64,000 nt of DNA from Chrysomallon squamiferum (lineage: Eukaryota; Animalia; Mollusca): NCBI GenBank assembly GCA_012295275.1, contig CM022665.1:33294001-33358000 (forward strand), given 5' to 3'. The notes beneath the pieces are model-generated. The model worked only from the letters and a program-made list of their open reading frames with translations. It was not told the origin of the DNA and did not search any database. Below, in pieces: positions 28,039-41,366 of this stretch; position 1 is the stretch's first letter, and the number at the start of each line of letters is the position of its first letter. The position numbers and the translations under genes were made by a program.

Positions 28039-30299
28039 CTTTATAATTTCAATCTATTAGCAGTTTACACTAAAAAGTAATGAGAAAAGAAACTTGCATT
28101 TTATGTTCCACTTATTACTCCAAAATTAATACTGTGTACAAGAGTTAACATATTGAAAACAAAAAATTGTAAATTGGCTATAGGAATCAGATGCAGAGTG
28201 CCTGCCAGTATGTGTTTGACTGGGGTAGGTTGTTGGCCTTATTGGGGTGATGGCTGAGCAAAGAGAACCACTGGAGCAATTGGTAGGCAAGCTCCAAGAA
28301 TATGCTGATTAGATTTGAGTGCTTTGTTTTTTGTGACTTATGTGTAATTTATAGTAACGGCAAATGGATATGAACAGAAATTCTGTTTCTCTTTGTTCTG
28401 AGTTGGAGTGGTTAAAACTACTAATTAAATGAATGAAAAAGTTGTTGAACATTTATTTAAACTTTAAAAAATATCTAAATTTAAACCATTAATTCTGAAA
28501 TTATTGTTAGTTGGTGGGTGTTCAAAGTTTACAATGTTTGAAAGTGGGCAATTCATGAAAAAAGGTTGCTGAGCACTGCTACAAATACTGAAGAATACCG
28601 TATATAATTTTTAATATTTTGATTTCCTTTTAACTTAATTATATTAATTTGATTTAATAACTTAACAGTTTCACTTATTTAAATTTTTTCTTTTCCATAA
28701 TACTTGTTCCACTATAAGAAAATAATAATTTCACAACTGTGTTAAAAATAAGTATTGTTTTTCCCTTTAATCTGATGAATAATTATGTAAAAAATTAAAT
28801 TAAAAAAAAAGTCAAGAAACCCCACCAAAATCTTGTGCAGTAAAATTATATTGTGCTGACACTTACCTATAATGCATTAACAACAAACTGTTTTGTATCG
28901 TAATACAGATATTGACTTTGATATTTAAAGGAATGTAGTCAAAGTTTGAAAATGTCATATGCTGAAGGCTGTACTGTTAGATAACACACAGGCATCATCA
29001 TGTTGCACTGGAGATTAAAATAAATAAATTTTAAATAATATAACAAAATAGGATTGGTGAGGATGGATACAAGAATATGTTCTTCAGAAGCAAAAAGGCA
29101 TAACCTCTAGTAAATTCCCAAACAATGAAAAAAACTCAGAAAGTAACTTTAAAAAAAAAAACAGTTTCCTAAATTAATTTTAGTAATACAATCAGAAAAA
29201 TTAAACATTTAACTTTTTAGTTAACAATAGATAAATTAATAAATAAAAATAAATTTATTACTATAATATATGTGAAAGTTATGATAAGAACTGGGTGAAG
29301 CAATTTAGTAAAATAAAAGATTTGCCTGAAAGAGAAGTGGCTGTTAAAGCTGGTTTACCTCCAAGTCAGAAAGCATCTGATCATATCAATTCTCCTTGGC
29401 CAGAATCTCCTGATTTCTGTTGAAGGCTCTTGTTGGTGAATAAAATTATAATTATTTTCATAAGATGTTGATTTAACTGCATAAATTATGATTTACACGA
29501 TTAAATCTGGGTTGAAATGATATCAAAAGTTGGTTTCCTATACTTTGCCTGACTGTGCCTTCACCTTTGTTAATAAATCAATAAAATTATTTCAGCACAT
29601 CACTTCTTGATATAATGTTATTTACATACTGTTCAAGAAGCCTTCTGCACAAAATCTGTGACAGTAAAAATAGTTATATTATTTATGACTGTTTATTAAG
29701 TAGTATTTACCTTTTTAGTTTCCTGTGGCTGTGACAGATGCATGGAAATAAATATGGTTAATTAGAGTCTGGTAAAAATTAAGCTTGTTGTATTTGAAAC
29801 CTGGTTTAAAATGTGCTACATACATGATAAATAAGTCATGTGGTACAAATTTCCTTGCTCAGGACTCCTGTGGTTTGATATTTGTTTCATAAAATCCACT
29901 CCTACATTTACAGAGGCTCTTAAAAAACATCTTTGCCAAAATCATTTCTTAAGCACTACCCAAGTTACACTTACTACAGAATTATACTTATCCAGTTACA
30001 TTCACATTCACTGTACACAACATTGCAGGTACTATTACAATATAATTTATTATCCATTTATTTTCTGACTATATGTTCTTATACTTTCATTGTAAATTAC
30101 TTTGAGCCTGATTCTCAGGAGGAAAGGAGGCTCGAGTCATTTTTATTATAATAATATGGCCTCTACTAGCATTAAGACTACCTTAAAGCTGAAGAAAATT
30201 GCACCTGTTAAAATAAAAAAGATGACCCTCCACATTAAAAATTCACATTTCACAAATCTTTTCACTGATTATTTGGTATAAAAATGATGTTTGTTGTAC

Positions 30300-31180
30300 A
30301 GTACAAGGTCAGTTATGAATAAATTTTGTCTTGAGGCAATTCCTCTAACAGGGCTGGCTTAAAAGAATGAAGCTTGTACTTGACCACATGGCAAATCCAA
30401 AGCAGACTTGGCAGCAGAGTTTGCCTTTTAATTACCCCTTATATGAACACGGCTGGGTACCCTTCAAAAACCCCCATCCTTATGGGCAATATTTAAAAAG
30501 ACACTTTCGTATCATCATGCCAGTTAAGGAATGATCCAGTTTCAGGTGAAGCTTTAAGTCTGACACAAAAAAGTTGAGTGTGAAAATAATACATTTGAGT
30601 GAGGATTTGTTCTAGGGTTTTAAAGACTGCCCAAACATCAACAGTGAATATAGAATATAGTGAATCAGTCAGTCTCATACAAATTTCAGTACCTGATGGG
30701 AAAACTGCAGCACAAGCCACAGAATTATCATGAAAAGTTGCTGATACATATATGCATTTGTAAAGTCTTTTTCAAAAACACTAATTCCAACACTGTCAAC
30801 AGTGATAAGCTAAGTTGGTAAAACAAAATATGAAGTTGTTTCCAAAATGCTGATAATTGAAATCAGTGTTAGAGGCAGATACGAAGGCCAGAAATGTAGA
30901 TGGCACCTAGCATCAACTTCACATATTTGTTATCAAACAACACATTATATACAGGATGTTCTAATGATTTTATCTTGGCAGCACTCTAAACAGCTTAGAA
31001 TGTCTAGTACACAAACTAAATTTGGGTGCATAATATACAAACACTTTGCAGGTGAAGTCCTAAATACTCAAAGACCAAGACCCTAGTTGTGTGCAGATCC
31101 AGAATTCATAAGTAAAACTTGCATACTGACTGATACAATACATCCGTAATCCACTTTAGATCTATAAAGTCGGACTGCTA
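30300..31180 (-). mobile_element. Decayed 3' fragment of an RNase H-bearing LINE (I/Nimb clade)
   Basis: Minus-strand pieces RSKVDYGCIV..VFRTSPAKCLY (post-RT region), ACAAVFPS..MRLTDSLYSIFTVDVWAVFKTLEQI and VPSRVHIRGN*KANSAAKSAL (RNase H WVPSH.GI.GNE.AD motif), with stops and frameshifts. Boundaries approximate. Confidence 0.8.
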
Positions 31181-32446
31181 CATCAAGCTTAATATCTAAC
31201 TTTTTTTTTTAAATCCAAAACTCCACCCCAGTTTCATATTAATTTATCATTTTCATGAAGCCCCCACAAAAAAAAAAAAAAAAACATATATATCACAAAT
31301 ATATCATTCTTCTGGACAAAACTGTAAAACCCACAAAAGGAGTTACAAAAAACCTTACTAAGGCAACACTTAATTGAAACACTTGAATTCTTTAGCCTGC
31401 CAAAACAATCATTCAATCTTTTTGAATAGGCTCACTAACCATTCTCTTGTCAGCAATCCAGGCATAAAAGTTTCATGTAGAAATAATATTTCTAAACAGT
31501 TTGAATCTCGTGTCTTGTCTTTAAATTGTTCAACTTTATTATCATTTTTTTCACGCTCACATTTTGTAAAATGTGTAATCAAGAGACCAAAAGAAGTACC
31601 TTCAAACCTCTCTCAGTGTAACAATTTTTAAGTGACATACATATTAATGTTCCAGTTCATTTGCATTTCTTTCAATGAATTGTTTTGTAATAAAAAAAAA
31701 ATTTGTTGAATAAATATTTCTGTGAATTTTCAACAAAATGGAAATAAATCTGTCACAAAAGAACACTTATTGTCAACTAATTTATATTTTTATCAGTCAC
31801 ATTTTAATACAAAATATCTGTAACACATTTTTGCACTGAACATCGGTGATGTCATACCTGATTACATAACATTTTACTAGCTTAATAATGCTTTGTTTTC
31901 AAGGCATGGCATGAAAGTGCAATTAATTATTGTGAATTTATCAAAAAAAAAAAATATTTTAGTTTGGTAATATCTATTTGTTAATAGCAAGTGGGCAGTG
32001 TTAGTGGATTAGCCTAATATCTGCTTGTTTGTGGATCAGTCCTTGACTGCTTCATTAAATAAAACAGCATTTACTTTTAAGAATATTAACACGAATAGAA
32101 TATGAAATATTTATTGCTAATTAATAAGCAGAGTCCATAGTCTTGTGGCAGCAGTTTTCCTCTTTTACTGAATAAAAATTACAATTTTGATATTAAAACA
32201 AAGTACTGAAATAACTTTAAACAAACATTTATTTATTTATTTTGCATAATAATGAATCCAAAAATAATTGAAACTTTATTAGCATTTTACAGTCAAATAT
32301 TAAGTGTACTGTAAATGATTTAGAGGCTTATTTACCTTCAGTTGTTGAAAAGCAAAAAAAACCCCAAAACAATAAAACACACCACATGATTTGTAGTTAA
32401 TTTCACCTGTCTCACATGAATGCACATATTGTTTATACACTTTAAA

Positions 32447-35437
32447 TCACAAGGACAAAGGATAATCACTGTTAGGTGTACATTTGTGAGATGGTGGTCT
32501 ATATTTATGACACTGGCATTCAAGATACCTGAAAATTTTGATGCAATGCTTTCCAGAAATGCTGAACTCAGAAGTCAGAAGATGTCCTTCATTACCACAA
32601 GCTACTGCTTGAACTGAGCCTACTTCATCTACAGGACCAACTATCTGCTCCATGAATATGCCCTTCTCAGAATACAAATTGACAGTGTGATTCAGTGAAT
32701 CAGCAACTATTATTTGCTGCATGCTGTTGAGACAGACTCCACTAGGAATTACTGCCTGTCCTAAAAAGTTAGAGTCTGGTTTGAACTTGTATAATGGATA
32801 ACCTGACAAAGAGTAGATTTTTATGTCACAATTATTTGGATCACAGACAATGATTTCATTTCTTTTATTAACACAAATTTGAACAGGAGAAGCTCCAGCA
32901 GATTTACCATCAATGCTGAAGACATGAAGTAGGTTTCCACTTATGTCATACACTTCAATTCTTTTGAAAACTGTTGAAACAATAATATTGCTGTTTGCAT
33001 TACATGCAATAGCAAATGGTTCCTGTGTTGTGGAAAACTGAAATTTAAAATTTGTTTCTGAAGTAAATACCTGTATGCGTTTATTTCGCCTGTCTGCTAT
33101 AGCTATGTCACCATTTGGTAACTCACATACTCCTGTTGGTTCATTGAACTCTTTGCTTTCTGTGCCTTTTTTTCCATATTTGTATTTGTAAACACCACAC
33201 TGGTTGAAGAATTTTATACAGTGGTTTTGGCTATCTGCTACAATCACATTAAAAGTTTCCCTTGATGCAGTTATGCTCCTTGGATATTTGAAGTTTCCAC
33301 TGCCTGAACCAAATGTGCCCATTTCAAACAGCTTTTTGCCTCCACTGAAACTAAAAATTTAGAAATTAAATAATTAAAAATATTTGTGCAATCAAAATAT
33401 TTAAATATTTTCATATTGATACGATTTTAAAATTACTTTTCTAAAACATTAATCATAATGAAGCTATATCATTTCAAAATATTGTAATGTTACAAAAAAT
33501 CAGATCTGTAAAAATAGAAAATCCACAGAAAGTTGTAATTAAAATGAACTTGTTAACCAGTGTTGAAAATCAGCACATAAATATACATTCTGATAAATTT
33601 ATAATAAAACAATTAAAACAAAAAAAAAGATTATAAAATACATGTACAGTAAACCTGACCAATATTGGATTGAATGAAAATCCTCTATTTTTCTGTAACA
33701 TTCCAATAAAGTATCATCAGTAATAGATTTTATATATTGAATAATCATTAATAGCAGACAGAATATCATGTGCTGTTCCTGTTTATTTCCATTAAAACAG
33801 TACTAATATATTACTATATCAGATAATTCTGGGCTGGTATTATGTGATCACCACACTCTGAGAGGGAAGTGGTGTGGATTTGCCAAATCTTTACTTGACT
33901 GATAATTCAGTAATCATGCCATTTCATCAGTGGGCATTCACAGTTCTGCTATGAAAAATGTTGGGCACAGGTAAAACATAAAATAGACATACAGGAGCAA
34001 TAAGACACAGCTAGATTTGCTGAGGAGCAACCCAGCATGAAACAGATTGCCATAACTTCAGTATAAAATCACAAACATTGACTAATATTCTTCATAACAA
34101 GGACTGGATAAACTCAAGTCACTGAAAATCCAGATAAAGCTGCAAATAGGCCTTTGGTCCAATCAGTCAAAAAATGTTCCAATGATGATGTGAATGCTGC
34201 CCTCTTACTGTGGTTTCTTAGAAAGCTGTTCTTCCACAAGGATTAATTCTGAAATGCTTTGGCCAAGGAAGAAAAGCAATAGCCACTGATCCCAACCATC
34301 AAAGAAACATACAATGTGTTAAATGTAATTCATCATTTCACACATTCCCTGCCAAAGTTCACCAACACTGATGAAATTCTTGGGATGACACACAGATTTA
34401 AAACAGTGCTGACGAGCACAATATCCAAGCAGTTTAATCATACATCAGTCACCGAGTAGACAATACTAACATGGAATGTGATTTGATTTAGGCCCATTAA
34501 TATATCTTTGTAATTAAAACATGCAAGGAAAAGGGGAAAACACTAGGGGAAGGTGGAATCTAACCTGTCTAGTTGAATTAGGAAGGATTTTACAAACTTG
34601 TGGACACTGAGTCCCAGAGACCAGGGACCTGGGGCAAAGAAGTTAGTTAACTGCATAATCCTCTAAGAAAAATCTTCCAGGTTGGAATATATGTAAAACT
34701 AAGAATTAGTATTTTATTTCATAAATTTTATTATATTTACAAAAATATTTGTACAATTGTTTGTTTTCCAAATACATTAAATTTAATTTACAAAAATATA
34801 AAATTCCTGAGTGAATTACTATTATAGCTAAGTGAAAGCTGTGCATAGGTACACATCAGAAAATGTCAATTTTGCTTACAAATCAGATTTAATCTGGTTT
34901 GATATGTTTATATATATATATATATCAAATATCGTCCATTTTACATGTAAATTGGATATTTCTGATTTATGTACAAATAAGACATAATTTATATCAGATG
35001 AAAATTGTTGGTCCACTTGAATCCAATATGCTTCAGGTTTACTGTATCTGATTACCTGTTTTGTCGTGATGACTGCTCTCTTGCAGGAGTGTACATGTTT
35101 CCCACTTTCTGGTTTGATTCCTTCAATGCTATGGCCAACAGGTGTGCTTCCCAGTCTTTTGGATCTAGAAACTCTTTAACACATTCTGGTTGGCAGTCAT
35201 GAACTAAATCAGAATGTTGATTTGAAAATGAGTAAGCATGCACACACGTGTGTGTGTATGTGTTTTAAGTAAATATCTAGTTAAATTTAAGGAATTGTAT
35301 GAGTGGCATTAAAAAACTCATTGACAGATGGAAAGATGTCATAGATAAAAATGGTGACTACATTAACAATTAGTATCATGTTTTTTTATTGCTTTATTAA
35401 ACCTTAAAAAACAGACAGAACGTCTGTTACAACCTTA

Positions 35438-35487
<50 letters not shown>

Positions 35488-37512
35488 CATGTGCATGTGT
35501 GTGTTGATCTAGAAAGGTTCATCCAGACAAGTTCTGGTGCAAATTTTATTTAGAAAAGATCACATTAATTGCAATTATCCACTGAAATGCACAGTAAAAT
35601 ATTTAATCAACACACTTTTTAATGTCATACATGAAAGTGAAACATTAGTCAGCATCAATGGGAAGGCGCATTTAACCTTAGCCACTAACAGCACTTTTCA
35701 AATTTCCTGTGAAGAAAATTAACAAAACTGCCTGGTATCATTGGGAATATTCAAACTCAGCTGTATTGAGATTATGTCACATGCTTGACAGTAGATTTGT
35801 CCATTAGATCTGGATCTAGATCTAAATCATAGCAGCATAGTTTGCCACAATTTACCTCAGTATTTATAGAGAAAAAAGGCTAAAACTATTTAAACTGCTC
35901 TTAATAAACATTTATGCATTTTCCTTATATAAGTATATGAAGTATGTTTAAGGTGCTTTTTTGAGTCAACATATGACTGTGAATCAGTTATAATTTTTAC
36001 AGTTTTTATATTTGATTAACACATTTTTGATATATACAGTAATATCAAAATAGTAGAAAGAATCATTTTCCTTTATATTTACTTGTATTGTCTAACTAGT
36101 TAACAATGACAGTTGGATATATATATATATATATATATTGATTTGAACTATTCTAGTTTTTACAAAATTTCATAGATGTACAAGGGATTCATGTACAAAT
36201 GAACCAACCAGTAATAATACAATTTAATCTAGCTGCATACAACATGTTATTCATTAGATATTATGTCTTAATAGTCATAATTATTTCGTATAATATTATG
36301 ATCCTTTTATTTTGGACTAGCCTTGGCTATGCAAAAGATAAAGTTCTGTGTTGATATAAAACTAATTACATATATAAGTTTTTAAGGAATTTACATTAAT
36401 CATCTGGAGTACTCTGAATTCTCTTTTGGTAAGTTTTATACACAACAGATTATTTAATAAATATGCATAAATTATATGCAAGTGTGTTAATTACAAATAT
36501 GTAAATACAAATAAAATATAAGCAAAGGATTTCCTCTGGGATAATAGAAACTGAATACTGTAGTCTGCATGTAGTCATATACATTTATACAAGGGGTTGT
36601 CAACTACATCATGTGGAGTTTGTCTTGCAGCTTTCAGATCAAATTCAAGTTTGTACAAGACATGGCTGTGATTTCCTTCTCAGCCAAGTTTGTAAGTATT
36701 TATATCAGCAAAACTATTAAGCTTTTTCTCTGTGTAATCTGTATTAGTGCTGAATTGCTGACAGGTGCTATATTTGTTTCACAAATTGTTCTTTGATGTC
36801 CAAAATATTATTACTAAGAAATGTCTGGGCAAAATAATTTATGTTATTACTGATCAAGATTTATGTATGAAAACATAATGTGACTGCAAATTAATGTACA
36901 TGATCAAAATATCAGGAGATTTTACATGTTTCCTAACACATTTCATACAACATTTGGAACTGAAGAAATGATATGCTATATTTTAAAAGAGACCTGGGTC
37001 AAAAACATGTTTCACTGATAGAAAAAATAAGCCATTAGATCAACTAATAAGTTAAAGAAGGAATAATTTAATATCAGATGACACTATGATATGAAACACA
37101 CTCAGAAATAAGATTGCCTTAGTGTATTTAATAACTTGTTATTAGTGAGTATTTATACCGCTGTTGCATGATTTAAGCTCTGATGTTGTTACTGGAATAA
37201 TGTTATTAAAACAATATATTAATTGCAATTAGGCTAATGTTTGTCTTTCTGTAGTTAAAATCAATACCAGTACATGTGTGGCCCACTGGTTAGGTTTAAT
37301 TTACCAGTTTGGCCTTCCATTTCAGCCCCTGGTTTATACCATTAATACTCATCAAGACAGACTGAAAGACTTGTACCTGGTATATTCTGATAATGTGTAT
37401 GAACACTTCTGGAAAAATTATGCTGATGTCTTCTTTTAGAAAGTGCTTCTTTAATATCCAGTGCTGTGTAACCCAGTCCATATAATCTGTACTGGGACTG
37501 AAAATCTACCAT
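32447..37512 (-). CDS. NHL-repeat beta-propeller protein (TRIM71/TRIM2/brat-like NHL) lacking RING/B-box, about 395 aa
   Basis: Last exon 32447-33350 encodes about 6 NHL repeats (GTFGSGSGNFKYPRSI, IVADSQNHCIKFF, FNEPTGV, IADRRNKRIQVF, IIVADSLNHTV). Proposed upstream exons 35056-35203 and 37377-37512 (MVDFQSQYRLYG..) are phase-compatible (1188 nt). The last exon is secure; the upstream exons are less certain. Confidence 0.75.
33900..34300 (+). mobile_element. Highly decayed pogo/Tigger transposase remnant in an NHL gene intron
   Basis: Short pieces HNKDWINS (cf. DDE_1 N.KAWM) and DDVNAALLLWF (cf. CENP-B-type HTH). Fragmentary and out of the usual order. Confidence 0.35.
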
Positions 37513-38149
37513 TGTTGCCTATGATAAAAATGTTTTCTCTGAAAACAAAAGTAACTATTAATAAAATAAACAGTTTATAACAATGGACATAAAACATTAT
37601 TGATAATGAAATTTACAGTAGATCATCCACATTTTTACTGCAAATAATATATATGTACATAAATAAAACAAACTTATAAATTTCTACTATTATATGAAGC
37701 TTTTCCTCTTTTGTGGAACATTAAAACAAAATTACAGTTTAAAATGCTATTTTAATAGATGCCAACTTTGTTATTTTTAGCATAACCTGATAACATTACT
37801 GTCAAAAAATCACATTATAAATTTAATTTTATTTTAAATTTGATACTACTTTTTTCATCACCTAGTGTCAGGTACTAATTGTCCTCCTCTGGGGTCTGGC
37901 TAATAGTAATAAAACGTGTGTGTGTATGTTACTGAATACGGTTCTAAAATTAAATTGGCGCCCCTCTCAGACTGCTTTGTTATTAAAAAAAAATATTTGT
38001 GTATACTGTCACTGTCAGTGACATGACTATAGCTCGATACTTTTACAAGACACACACACACACGAAATGGGATAATAGTTATAATTATATTAACCATTTT
38101 AAGTATACATCTATGCATATTAACATTTTTATCATTAATATTAACATAT

Positions 38150-39012
38150 TAACATGAATAATTCGTACCTAATAAGTGCTGTACAAACTAAGAACCTGGA
38201 ATGCCGTCTTCTGTGAAAGCTGCACACTCCCCTTCAATGAAACTTTTATTAACTAAAAAAACTAAGAAAAGTCACACACTATTGACCAAGCAACAACTTC
38301 CTTGACAACGAGCAAATATTATGCGTTATAGTGAGAATCTGACGTCACAATTCTGTGTGTGCACTACCTACTACAAATAAATACGGCAGCGAAAAATTCA
38401 AGACATTATTGTTATTTATTTGTAGATAAGCAGATATTTTACTAACACGTTTCTGTTTTACCGCTGGTGTGTATATAAAGGCCATAAAACTGTGATAACT
38501 GGAGGCTGACTGCAGATAACAGATATACACAGTTGTTTACTCAGTATTTTACTTCGATTTCTAAACACCCATGAATTTAAAGTAGCTGGTTCCCTTGCCT
38601 TATCATAGGCGTCGCTATCACTCTTTAACCTAAATTTAGCGTCGTTAACACCAAGGCTAAAGCAAGGGAACAAAGCCAGATTTCAAAGTTCACCATAAAA
38701 TATGAACTGTAAGTATGAAGTTATAAACGTACCGAAACGGCACCGACACAAAACAAATCGCGCCAACGTTATTTTCATATTCCCAAATCCATTAAGTTAG
38801 ATTAACAACCCGAAACGATATCATTCCGCTGCCGTTTCGGTACCGTTTAAATGGATTCCAAGCCTAACCTTTGAATTTATTGATGATGGTGGTCTGTTGT
38901 TCATTTTGAATAAACTGAACTTTTTAAACTGACTTTAAAATAATATACCAAAATATGTATTATAATTTAAAATCATAACACAGTTCAAAATAATGGCCCA
39001 TACCACTAGCAC

Positions 39013-39062
<50 letters not shown>

Positions 39063-39670
39063 GTAAGTAAATAAATAAATAAAACCTTTGGAAAAAAAAA
39101 AAAAATGGAATGATAAAAGCCGGGCGCATTTTCAAAAATAGGTCAGGTCTGGTCAACAAACATATTTCACTTACAAGAACTTTGATTTTGAAACATATAT
39201 TATCATTTGAAACAGTGTAAGTTTACACAGTTTCATGTTTTATATCCGCACTAGCTTTGAAACAAAAATTGTAGCAAAATCTTAAATAAAACATCTGCTA
39301 ATATGCACCATTACCAACAAATAAATGACAAGAGGTAGACCTAAACTGCAAGACGCCTAATAGTCATGTACTTTTCCAAAAATAGATTGGCGCCGTTCAT
39401 TATACTTGTTGCGGTTATAATAATAATAATAACAACAACAACAACAATAAAACACCAGTTATTGCGATAGTGTATCTGGGTCGTTTGTTCGTAATCGTTG
39501 GTGTGCGCATTGTTGTCGAAGGAAATACAATACAAACGAAATCTAACATATTTCGAGACGATAAAGTCTGGGTGGATTTTATTCTGTTGCGGTTTTTTTG
39601 TTGTTGTTTTTGTTTGTTTTTTTTGTTTTTTTTTGTTGTTTTCAGAAGTACATTGCTTTTTAATTTCAGG
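38150..39670. promoter_or_regulatory. CpG-rich divergent promoter/first-exon region between the NHL gene and RNPC3
   Basis: Local CpG enrichment between two divergently oriented genes. Plus-strand donor CAG|GTGAGT at 39670 and possible minus-strand donors near 38168 and 38732. Confidence 0.55.
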
Positions 39671-41366
39671 TGAGTTTTGTTTATTTCTCTAATAATTATT
39701 ATAGTTTTATTTTCATTATTTTTTTATGTGTTTTCTAATTCCAGTTTTGTTGTTGACTTGTTCTTGCAGTTTTATCACATTTGGGTTACAGTGTCACAGT
39801 GTGGCGAGTGTGTGTGTAAATACTAGTACTAACTTGCATTCATTTCCTAGAATGCTTTAGAAATGTAGTCAAGGCTTTTGATGATTTTTAAAAATGACCC
39901 CGTTATCGTTCCTTTCAATTTCATTGTTTAGTTTATGAGAAGTAAAAATATAAACTTTGGTGATACTTTAGCAGGGTGTGTGCGTGTGGATGTTGTTAAA
40001 GCAGGATAATATTGATATGTGTTAATAAATCCACATTAGTCATTACCGCTTGGGTTTAATGCGTAAAATAAAAACAAAACAGTGTAGCAGTAATGTGAAG
40101 GTAAGGGTTATGGCAGTAAATATCTGGAATATGTTTAATATTAATAACAAAAACAAGTGTGTTCAACAGTAGAACTAGAAGCAAATTGTGAGGAAATTAG
40201 TATTTACAGAAGGCTATTTCAGACATCTTAGGAATTCTTTGTCATATATAACATACATATATGGGACAACAAATACACCTGGTGCCATCTTCACATTCCT
40301 GTCACTATGCTAGGGATTTCACATTGCACAAGAGTTCCCAAGATCTGAAGATGTACAGTAAAAAGTACATCTTCTTTAACTGAATCAGTGTTGTGGTGCA
40401 CTTTCAAATTGCCAAGTAGTCTCCAGTTAAAATGTTTTTGACCTAGCAGAAGCTTTGGAAAACAGAACAAAATTTGATTTTGCCTAAAAAATTAATGATT
40501 GAAATTATATGCATACTATTAAAGGCCAGCCAGTATTATTAAGCCATAAAACAAACTAATGTTCAGTTATTCCACAAACATATTGTTTTCATTCTGCGTT
40601 TAAGCAGATGTTTGACTTTTACATTGGCTAGAATACTTCAGTCTTCAAAACATTTGCGATATAGAATATAATCAGTTTCCATTTCATATTAACTATCTTG
40701 ATTAATTTTTTTCTTATTTTCAAGCAAAGACAGACAAGAAGTCACTGATCAAAGTATAATGGAATGGAACATCATGCAACAATTCACAGAAGATCAATTG
40801 AAGAACATTCTTGATTGAAAATTCATCAACATCAGGTACTTGGTCAAACAATATATCCTTGAGTGAAAAGTCATCACAAATCATTGATCAAAATTAAATT
40901 TTACAGAATTTCTTGAGTCAAAAAGTCTGGTGAGAAATCAAGTGGAAGATCATAGTTGTGTGAAAGGTAATTAAAAGTATGTCAAAAGATGTCAGACAAA
41001 ATAGCATCAAATGGAACACTGATGAGTGTAAAGGATTTTTTCATGAAATACTGAGAATTACGTTAAATTGATTAATAATTTAAAAACGGGAGTAGGATTG
41101 TACAGCATAGCAGGTCATTGTTGATAACTTGACATTGATATATTAACTTAAACAAGCACTTGCTGTTCTAACTCAACATCTACGTAAATAGAAGTAATTA
41201 TTTGGTATATTTGTATTGGATAAAGACTTGTTCTTATGGTGTGCATTTATATTTCAGAGTACTAAACTGTCTTATTTGTTTATTGTTTTGTTTTTCTATC
41301 TAGGTCACAAACAAAGTCTTCATGATTGGAATCTAGTGAGACGCAAACATTACAGCTTTTCTTAAA

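Noticed and set aside
35700-35850. Minus-strand GQIYCQACD peptide as a possible RING remnant of the NHL gene, and an AGATCT near-palindrome
   Set aside because: The frame is closed by stops with no convincing splice sites, and the palindrome arises from a short hexamer repeat.
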